Positions 1-6,248 are shown, numbered from the stretch's first letter. The stretch is DNA of 9,365 bases from an uncultured Gammaproteobacteria bacterium (GCA_964522265.1 CAZFVS010000033.1:930-10294); one strand, 5' to 3'. Notes: a model not told the origin generated them from the sequence alone. Made by a program: numbers and translations.

Positions 1-527
1 CTAAAACACGCGCACAAAAAGAAGAAACAGTCAAATTATTAGCAGACAAGCTCGCAAGAGCAAAGTCTGTAGTTTTTGCAGATTATAAAGGCCTTAACAT
101 GAGTCAGCTTTCAGACCTTCGGAATAAGCTCCGCGAGTCAGGAGCGGAATTTAACATCACCAAAAACAACCTGCTCAAACTTGCACTTGACCAATCCGAC
201 TTCCGGCATCTGGCATCTGACATCCGGACTGGTCCCACTGCAACCCTGTTTTCCTACGAAGATGAGGTTACCCCTATTAAAATACTGGTAAAAGCCTTCA
301 AAGATCATACCAAGGGTTCAGTCAAAACCGGATTTTTTGCAGGTGAGTTGATGGATGATGTTCAGATAAACAGAATTGCCCTACTTCCTTCCCAGGATGA
401 ACTGAGGGCAAAAATTGTTGGCAGTTTAGGTACACCACTTTATGGAATAGTTGGAGTTCTCCAGGCTAATTTAAGAAATTTAGTATACACACTCGATGCT
501 ATTCGAGTTTCGAAGGGGGGTGAGTAA
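1..527 (+). CDS. rplJ: 50S ribosomal protein L10 (uL10), 5'-truncated by the window edge
   Basis: The frame is open from nt 3 and reads KTRAQKEETVKLLADKLARAKSVVFADYKGLNMSQLSDLRNKLRESGAEFNITKNNLLKLAL. The listed ORF 99-527 starts only at an internal Met. The SVVFADYKGL..L..LR motif is typical of L10, and the gene sits directly upstream of rplL. Stop TAA at 525-527. Confidence 0.93.
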   Translation, partial: KTRAQKEETVKLLADKLARAKSVVFADYKGLNMSQLSDLRNKLRESGAEFNITKNNLLKLALDQSDFRHLASDIRTGPTATLFSYEDEVTPIKILVKAFKDHTKGSVKTGFFAGELMDDVQINRIALLPSQDELRAKIVGSLGTPLYGIVGVLQANLRNLVYTLDAIRVSKGGE

Positions 528-535
528 ATAATTTC

Positions 536-650
536 TAATGAAGCCCCACGGCTAAAGCCGTGGTATCTTCTCATACTGCGCTTCGCGCAGACTCGCCTTC
601 GGCGAGGAAAAACATTCACCCACGCCTAAAGGCGTGGTGCTCTGTTTAAT
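536..650 (+). repeat. Four-hairpin structured intergenic element, copy A (possible cis-acting RNA or miniature repeat)
   Basis: HP1 CCACGGC-taaa-GCCGTGG (546-563). HP2 CTGCGC-ttc-GCGCAG (576-590). HP3 CTCGCC-ttc-GGCGAG (592-606). HP4 CCACGCC-taaa-GGCGTGG (620-637). It aligns colinearly with the reverse complement of 9100-9220. Confidence 0.7.
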
Positions 651-688
651 ATGATAGATAATTAGACCAATTAGAAATTTATATTTAT

Positions 689-1132
689 ATGGCAGATGAC
701 GATATAAAAAAAGAGGAGACTGAAAAGAAAACATCAAAGGTTGTTTCAAAAGATCTGGAAAAAATCATCGAGTCTATTGAAAAACTTTCTGTTTTGGAAC
801 TGGCAGACCTAGTCCATGCTTTAGAAGACAGGTTTGGGGTAACAGCCCAAGCGCCAGTTGCAACAACAGGCCCTGCTGCCGCCTCCGCTGGAAGCTCCGG
901 CGAGCCACAGGAAGAACAAACCACTTTTAATGTAATCCTGGCAAGTACAGGTGCAAACAAAATCGGTGTTATTAAAGCTGTAAGAGAGCTGGTCCCAACA
1001 TTGGGCTTAAAAGAAGCAAAAGACCTGGTCGAAGCAGCTCCTAAACCGGTTATGGAAAGTGTCAACAAAGAAACAGCAAATGAGGCCAAAACAAAATTAA
1101 CAGCAGCCGGAGCAACTGTAGAATTACAATGA
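689..1132 (+). CDS. rplL: 50S ribosomal protein L7/L12 (bL12) with an extra ~20-aa charged N-terminal extension
   Basis: [29 protein letters not shown] (N-terminal dimerisation domain), an Ala/Pro/Gly hinge, then [42 protein letters not shown]....[15 protein letters not shown] (C-terminal domain). Stop TGA. Confidence 0.95.
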   Translation: MADDDIKKEETEKKTSKVVSKDLEKIIESIEKLSVLELADLVHALEDRFGVTAQAPVATTGPAAASAGSSGEPQEEQTTFNVILASTGANKIGVIKAVRELVPTLGLKEAKDLVEAAPKPVMESVNKETANEAKTKLTAAGATVELQ

Positions 1133-1332
1133 GCCAGAAATGTTTTGATTCCTTTTAAGTCCTGCTACTTGAGCCATATCTTTGATATATTTCTCAAGTT
1201 GTCCCTTAAACTGGACAGGATAATAATAAGTATTCGCGGTAGAGTAGAGAGACATAATATTTCGAGGTTGAATGTAGTCAACTTTATTTATCCCCGCTTG
1301 TTTGTTGGTCAAAAAAGAGTAGAATTCAGACT

Positions 1333-2253
1333 ATGCAGAAAGATAGAAACTGGTTAGAGATTCAGCCTTTTTCAAGGAAAGCTTTTTTGCAAATTACAGG
1401 CTTAGGTGTAGGTTTGCTTTTTTTACCTGAAAAAAGGCAGGATATATTGGCCGGACAGCTTGCAGATTGGGATCAGGAAACTTTAAGCCATCCTGAGAGA
1501 ATTGAGGCAACAGGACTTAAGGTTTCAAATTTGGCCATAGAAAAACTTTGTCAGCGTTTTGAGACCAGCCCGGATAGGTTTAAACATAATGTTTTTCTGC
1601 TTTGGCCTAAGGAATATACAAAAACCCTTCAGGGAACTTCCGGGTGCGTCCGGGAATTCAATAACCCTCTTCAGCTTGGCTCCGCAAGTATTGAGGGCGA
1701 CCAAATATATATCAACTTAAATAATATTTTGTATTCTTCCCCTTTTGGAAAAAACCTGCGGCCCGGACCTGCCAGTACATTATTTGAAGTTGTTTACCAT
1801 GAAGGAGGACATGTTTTACCTAAATTTTTAGATCTTGAAACACCAAGAGAACTAATGGATGCCGGAAACCAGCGGTTATCACTGGTAAAAAAACGCGGGT
1901 TAAGGTCTTACGGGATATACAATAATAACCATGCCGAAGGGAAAGCGTGCTACATCCCCTACCGTTCTGAGGCTGAAGAGGCGTTCGTGCAATTTTTAAC
2001 CATATCCGGCTTCAGGAGGCTGGGTATTTCTATCCCTGAAAATTATGCTTATAAAGACTGGGTTAAAAAATTTGAGCGGGAAATAATTTTACCCTTATTT
2101 GGTTTAAACTATGCAATCCTGGAAAAGCATTTTTTATCCTCCGACCCTGATAATTTCTTCCGGGAAATAGGTATAAGGAAAGGTTACACGGAAGAAGAAG
2201 CAAAATACAAAGGTGAAGCTTTTGTTTTTCAGGTTATCAAACAAGCTAATTGA
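1333..2253 (+). CDS. Putative exported HExxH zinc-metallopeptidase-like protein with a Tat-like (S-R-K-x-F-L-Q) N-terminus
   Basis: N-terminus FSRKAFLQITGLGVGLLFLP resembles the twin-arginine consensus S/T-R-R-x-F-L-K followed by a hydrophobic region. HEGGH at nt 1798-1812 lies in the context LFEVVYHEGGHVL. An acidic cluster EAEEAF about 55 aa downstream could supply a third ligand. I recognise no named family. Confidence 0.55.
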   Translation: MQKDRNWLEIQPFSRKAFLQITGLGVGLLFLPEKRQDILAGQLADWDQETLSHPERIEATGLKVSNLAIEKLCQRFETSPDRFKHNVFLLWPKEYTKTLQGTSGCVREFNNPLQLGSASIEGDQIYINLNNILYSSPFGKNLRPGPASTLFEVVYHEGGHVLPKFLDLETPRELMDAGNQRLSLVKKRGLRSYGIYNNNHAEGKACYIPYRSEAEEAFVQFLTISGFRRLGISIPENYAYKDWVKKFEREIILPLFGLNYAILEKHFLSSDPDNFFREIGIRKGYTEEEAKYKGEAFVFQVIKQAN

Positions 2254-2379
2254 CACAACATAATTTAATGTTTAAGCTGGAATCAGGCTATAAAACCTAT
2301 CTGCATGCTTAAAAGAACATTGAAGTTTTTTTCCTATATTTAGACAAAACCTTTAATTTTAGTCCTTTCATTTGTCAAT

Positions 2380-3453
2380 TTGGGGGTTTTAGTTTTGCTT
2401 GTTTCCGTCCTGTTTCATGGTTACTCAGTTAAAAAAATAGAAAACCAACAGCAGGTTTTAGCTGCCACATCCTGCACCAACTACTCTCCAACCTGCAATG
2501 ATAGAGCTAAAGTTCCTGATCCTAATACCTGGTGCCTTGTTTCAGAGACTGCCTGTACAAAAGGAAAGACTACTAAAACCTACCAGTGTAAAAAGATTAA
2601 AAAGACAAGTAAACAAAACTGTACAGTTGCTCCTCCAGCCCCGGATCCGGGTCATATAGAGGTAACTCTTTCTGACCAAACCTGGCTTTCTGATTCTACC
2701 AACCAGCAAGGAGCGATCCAAAAAGATAAAAATACTTTAGGAGGAAGTTTAAAGATAGCAGGGACAAATTATCCAAAAGGTATCGGTGTCTGGGCAAAGT
2801 CCCATGTTAAATATGATTTTAAAAGTAAATGCTCTTTACTTACAGGAAAAGCAGGTGTAGATGATGCAGCAGGCAGTAAAGGATCAATTAATTTTAAAGT
2901 CCAGGTAGATAATAAAAATGTGCTTTTTTCCTCAGGAGAAATGCATGGAGGCAATGCAGCGAAAGAGTTTACCTTAAATATTAGAAATATAAATGTTTTA
3001 GACTTTTATGCAGATTCAGGGCAATACACTGCATTGGATTATGGCAACTGGGTAGAATTAAAAGCCTGGTGCGACCCAACAGTATTCTCATCTCCATCAG
3101 GAGGAGGTTCAGAGGAGATCATGAAGGAGGAATCTTATCGAGTAATACTGGAATATGATCCAGTAAATAAAACGGTTGAACAAATCAAAACTAAGAAAAC
3201 ACATACTGATCTAGTAAGTATAGATAAAAAACAAAAACCAACTAAAAAAACAAACTTTTTTCAATACAAGGTTAAGGTTGTTGATTCCGAAAATTTACTG
3301 ATTTCAGATGGATGGAAGACTGTTCCTGTTAAATCAATACGGAGAAAGAATGATAAGTATAGGATTCAATTTCTAACAGATTATAAAAAAGACGCCAAGA
3401 TTACTGTTTTTAGTGAAACAGATGAAATTATCTGGGAAGGAAAGATGCTCTAA
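2380..3453 (+). CDS. Exported or anchored protein with a 6-Cys spacer, an NPCBM-type carbohydrate-binding module and a Lys-rich C-terminal beta domain
   Basis: aa ~94-231 (nt ~2659-3072): LSDQTWLS...LKIAGTNYPKGIGVWAKSHVKYDF..C..LTGKAGVDDAAGSKGSINFKVQVDNKNVLFSSGEM....AKEF.L.....VLDFYADSG....DYGNWVELKAWC. This matches the NPCBM/NEW2 pattern (LSD..W......L.IgG..Y.KGlG.ha.S...Y.l...C..F....GvDD.....GS..F.V..Dg.....SG) as I remember it. The TTG start is uncertain (see the finding on 2305-2382). Confidence 0.75.
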   Translation: MGVLVLLVSVLFHGYSVKKIENQQQVLAATSCTNYSPTCNDRAKVPDPNTWCLVSETACTKGKTTKTYQCKKIKKTSKQNCTVAPPAPDPGHIEVTLSDQTWLSDSTNQQGAIQKDKNTLGGSLKIAGTNYPKGIGVWAKSHVKYDFKSKCSLLTGKAGVDDAAGSKGSINFKVQVDNKNVLFSSGEMHGGNAAKEFTLNIRNINVLDFYADSGQYTALDYGNWVELKAWCDPTVFSSPSGGGSEEIMKEESYRVILEYDPVNKTVEQIKTKKTHTDLVSIDKKQKPTKKTNFFQYKVKVVDSENLLISDGWKTVPVKSIRRKNDKYRIQFLTDYKKDAKITVFSETDEIIWEGKML

Positions 3454-3457
3454 AAAT

Positions 3458-4936
3458 ATGCAAAGGATCAGGATTGTTATCTATTTATTTTGTTTTGTAC
3501 TTATTGGTAGTTTTCTACCAAGTATAGTAAGTGGGCAGAGCGGGCAAGAATATAAAGTGATACCGGTTTTCTTACTTGCAAATGACTATCAAGAAGTTAC
3601 TGGGATTGACTTTGATACAGAAAGTCCTAATTATTTTCGTTGGATTCAAATTGCACTTGATGAAATAAATAATTTTTACAGTACACAGACTAAAACGAAG
3701 TATAATCCAAACGGCCTTAAGTTTAATTATGATAAAACACCAAGAGTTATTAACATTCCAAATGTATCTCAAGAGGATTTAGAAGATATGGATAATATAA
3801 TCAAATTGATTAAGTCAGGGGGGATAAAAATTGATCGTTCTGGAGACTTGAAGGATGGCAAAACTATTTTTTTAATAATCCCATTCGGATCTTCAGCCAC
3901 TGATACTGCGGGAGTTAATTTTTGGTATCCCTACAAAGGCAGTAAAGACGCTTATATCTACTCAATAATTGACAGTACATTTCTTTTTGACCTTGATCCA
4001 ATAAACGCATCAGAAGACGCACAGGCATACGGACGATCTTTGACAGTAATCGGTCATGAACTAGGTCATGCATTTGGATTAATACGAGAAAGGTCGGCAA
4101 ACGGACATACCTGTTCTCAACATCGTCCAGAAATAGATTGTATTTCAGGTGCTCCCATACCTCTTCCTTCTTTTGAAGAAGGAGAAAGTGATCTAATGTT
4201 CTGGGCATTAACTAGTAAGGGCTCAATTTTTAATAAAAAACTACATAATACCTTTCATAATCCAGAGGTTCTTGTTGTCTATAGATCTCCCTTTTTGAAT
4301 CCAGATATAAAGATGGCTGGGCCAGATCTAGAACCTTTGCTTGCCCAGAGCCAATTTCCCTTGGTTGCCAACCGTAGAATTGTCTCTTTAGGAGAAGAAT
4401 TCTCTCTTACAACAGGATTTGGAACCTCAAGGTTACCTTTGTCACCTCAACCAGTAGAAATTTACACTATATATAATAATGAAGTTTTTTCTACAGAGTC
4501 ACTTGTTGACCCTTCTTCGTATTCTGTTTCATGGCAGCCCTCAATTGCAAGTGGCGTAGTGATAAAGGTTGAGAAAGTGGAGGATACTGATGAAAAATGG
4601 TTTATCAGATTTCGTGATCCAGTAAAAAATATTGGATATTTTACTGAATCAAATAACTATATTCTTGTCAAAGGAGGCAAGTCCCAAAAATATTTTGTGA
4701 CAAGCAGGTTTAATGCCACATGTGGGGATGAAAACTTACCTGTTACTGGCTCAAGAGTAACTGTTAACTACAACAAATCACTAGGTGAGAGTCGAGAAAT
4801 TCTATCCAGTTACTTAGACAAAGGCTCAACGACAATGAGTTTTTCACCTAGTAATTACGCTGCTAAACGTTTTTACTTTATAATTGGGGATTTGAAGGAT
4901 GGATCAAATTCTATTAATCCAGACATAAGATCATAA
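3458..4936 (+). CDS. Secreted zinc metalloprotease (HExxHxxG, metzincin-like) with C-terminal beta-rich domains
   Basis: The preferred start is ATG 3458, 4 nt after the upstream stop. It gives a classic signal peptide, MQRIRIVIYLFCFVLIGSFLPSIVSG/QSG. The ORF-track start at 3413 adds 15 non-signal residues and overlaps the upstream gene. Active-site motif VIGHELGHAFGL at nt ~4046-4081 (HELGH = 4055-4069). A possible Met-turn, SDLMFW, lies downstream. Confidence 0.75.
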   Translation: MQRIRIVIYLFCFVLIGSFLPSIVSGQSGQEYKVIPVFLLANDYQEVTGIDFDTESPNYFRWIQIALDEINNFYSTQTKTKYNPNGLKFNYDKTPRVINIPNVSQEDLEDMDNIIKLIKSGGIKIDRSGDLKDGKTIFLIIPFGSSATDTAGVNFWYPYKGSKDAYIYSIIDSTFLFDLDPINASEDAQAYGRSLTVIGHELGHAFGLIRERSANGHTCSQHRPEIDCISGAPIPLPSFEEGESDLMFWALTSKGSIFNKKLHNTFHNPEVLVVYRSPFLNPDIKMAGPDLEPLLAQSQFPLVANRRIVSLGEEFSLTTGFGTSRLPLSPQPVEIYTIYNNEVFSTESLVDPSSYSVSWQPSIASGVVIKVEKVEDTDEKWFIRFRDPVKNIGYFTESNNYILVKGGKSQKYFVTSRFNATCGDENLPVTGSRVTVNYNKSLGESREILSSYLDKGSTTMSFSPSNYAAKRFYFIIGDLKDGSNSINPDIRS

Positions 4937-5089
4937 GATTATCCGTTAGATATTTTTACTCTTAATAGCGACAAAGATTTAACCTTTAATATACATTATC
5001 CTGGTTGTCCGGCTGACTACATAACTTCTAAACAAATTCAATCAATTACAATAAACGGTAAGACTTTAATAAGCGCTGATACAGGTGGA

Positions 5090-5764
5090 ATGGCTCTTAA
5101 TTTGAAGGATTTTGGAGGAGTTGAGGGGCAGGCAAGACTCATAGCTGTTCCCGTTACGTTTACTTATACAGACGGCTCATCTGAACAGAAAACCATACGG
5201 TTTAATTACAATGGAGGGGGAGGTTCGGGTGGAGATGGTGGAAACTGTACTAATAGTGAGTGGAGAGATACAAATGAGTTTACTTGTACTGGTTGCGGGC
5301 AGAAGAAAACTAAACAAAGAAAATATTGTGACGGTGTAGCCACAAACGAAACCAGGCTTAAATCTTTTGAAGAAAGAGAATCAGATTGCAACACCAGGCA
5401 ATATTGCACAAGCCCCTGTAACCGGGGTACACCTTACCAGTTTTTCGATGGTAATAAATATGGTTGTCGTGATGGCGGAGCAGAGACATGTTCAAGTGGA
5501 TATTATGATATGAATAATCAATGTACGATAGATGCTGATTGCAAAAAGCTCTTTTGTAACTGTGATTATGAGGAAAATTCGGAAAATACTGAGAATTGTG
5601 AAGGAGAAAAAGTCAGGGTAAGGGTCTGTAAAGGCGGAGACCCAAGGCATGACAGGGAAAGCGGAGATGAAGGTACTAATGATAATACCAGCTCGGGCTG
5701 TGGGTTCAGGCAGGAACGTCCACCTGAGTGTAACTTAACAGACAGGTGTAATACACCGGAGTAA
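5090..5764 (+). CDS. Cys-rich (18 Cys) domain protein lacking its own signal peptide; possibly the detached C-terminus of the upstream protease
   Basis: The frame is open from 4937, in phase with 3458-4936, and is separated from it only by TAA 4934-4936. The first canonical start is ATG 5090. A GGGGSGGDGG linker is followed by 18 Cys in ~170 aa. Confidence 0.5.
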   Translation: MALNLKDFGGVEGQARLIAVPVTFTYTDGSSEQKTIRFNYNGGGGSGGDGGNCTNSEWRDTNEFTCTGCGQKKTKQRKYCDGVATNETRLKSFEERESDCNTRQYCTSPCNRGTPYQFFDGNKYGCRDGGAETCSSGYYDMNNQCTIDADCKKLFCNCDYEENSENTENCEGEKVRVRVCKGGDPRHDRESGDEGTNDNTSSGCGFRQERPPECNLTDRCNTPE

Positions 5765-5809
5765 CTCTGGTGTTTAATATGGTTAAATATATATAATACA
5801 AAAGTACAG

Positions 5810-6070
5810 ATGAGTCAGCAATATTTTAAAGAGTGGTTAAAGAGTAACTGGATATCGAGTCTTTCAATGGTAATCCTGTTAGCAGGATTGGTAACTGGAG
5901 TTTATTTAGTCCAACAAGAACAGTCTATAAGATCTAAAGCCGCAGACGAGGGGATAAACTCAGTTTTAGAGGTAACCAAATCTGATGGTGACAACTTAGA
6001 TTATATAGGATCTGATACATATAACACCGACACTTTGGATATAAAGATTAAGATTAAAACCCAGCAGTAA
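5810..6070 (+). CDS. Small N-terminally membrane-anchored protein (86 aa)
   Basis: A single hydrophobic helix, ISSLSMVILLAGLVTGVYLV, is followed by QQEQSIRSKAADEG and a short acidic/Thr-rich tail. I recognise no domain. Confidence 0.45.
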   Translation: MSQQYFKEWLKSNWISSLSMVILLAGLVTGVYLVQQEQSIRSKAADEGINSVLEVTKSDGDNLDYIGSDTYNTDTLDIKIKIKTQQ

Positions 6071-6086
6071 AATTATCGTAACTATT

Positions 6087-6192
6087 CACGGTTCTAACAT
6101 AAAATTGTCATCGCGAGTGCCAAGTCTGACTTGGCCGTGGTGATCTAATTAGATTGCTTCGCTATGCTCGCAATGACGAAGTTTTGTCAAAT
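6087..6192 (+). repeat. Composite palindromic intergenic element (copy B; a possible diverged relative of the 536-650 element)
   Basis: Outer stem GTCATCGCGAG (6107-6117) / CTCGCAATGAC (6167-6177), 10 of 11 bp. Inner hairpin GCCAAGT-ctg-ACTTGGC (6119-6135). A 12-nt palindrome ATCTAATTAGAT (6143-6154). It shares GCCGTGGT(G)ATCT and GCTTCGC-N4/5-CTCGC with copy A at matching spacing. Confidence 0.5.
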
Positions 6193-6216
6193 CCTGAACG
6201 GTTACAAAGACCGGTC

Positions 6217-6248
6217 TTGACACTAACTAAAACTATATGTTATATAAT
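6217..6248 (+). promoter_or_regulatory. Candidate sigma70-type promoter for the HTH gene
   Basis: Perfect -35 TTGACA (6217-6222), an 18-nt spacer ending in TGt (6238-6240, extended -10), then TATATA (6241-6246), which overlaps TATAAT (6243-6248). It lies ~50 nt upstream of ATG 6298. The context is AT-rich, so a chance match is possible. Confidence 0.35.

Noticed and set aside
546-637. Hairpin cluster as a CRISPR array or tRNA-like gene
   Set aside because: The hairpins are not identical direct repeats separated by unique spacers of regular length. No cloverleaf, T-loop (GTTCNANNC) or anticodon arm geometry is present.
552-1089. ORFs 552-749 (-) and 685-1089 (-)
   Set aside because: They lie antisense to the clearly real rplL and to the hairpin element. 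Their sequence is low-complexity and mirror-biased, with no recognisable domain.
1124-1357. ORF 1124-1312 (-, TTG start, frame open to 1330) and ORF 1145-1357 (+) in the rplL-downstream spacer
   Set aside because: I recognise no domain. The ORFs are short, overlap the rplL stop or the next gene's start, and have no RBS. The - strand peptide (..YYYPVQFKGQLEKYIKDMAQVAGLK) could be a gene remnant, but I cannot support that from sequence alone.
3413-3457. Upstream start (ATG 3413) for the metalloprotease
   Set aside because: It adds MKQMKLSGKERCSKN ahead of a textbook signal peptide and overlaps the preceding gene by 41 nt. ATG 3458 gives a canonical n-h-c signal and a 4-nt intergenic gap.
2341-4936. 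Stop-codon reassignment (TAG or TAA read as sense) as the explanation for the two in-frame stops
   Set aside because: TAA terminates rplJ, the GT4, the GT26 and several other genes at the expected protein ends. TAG terminates the cupin gene at a sensible C-terminus, and TGA ends rplL. All three stops therefore appear to function as stops here. A mutation, an error or local readthrough is more likely.
6184-6193. GTCAAAT half-site of the 9062-9083 palindrome recurring upstream of the HTH promoter (and GTCAATTTG at ~2374)
   Set aside because: A given 7-mer is expected about once by chance in ~19 kb of two-strand AT-rich sequence. These matches are not significant on their own.
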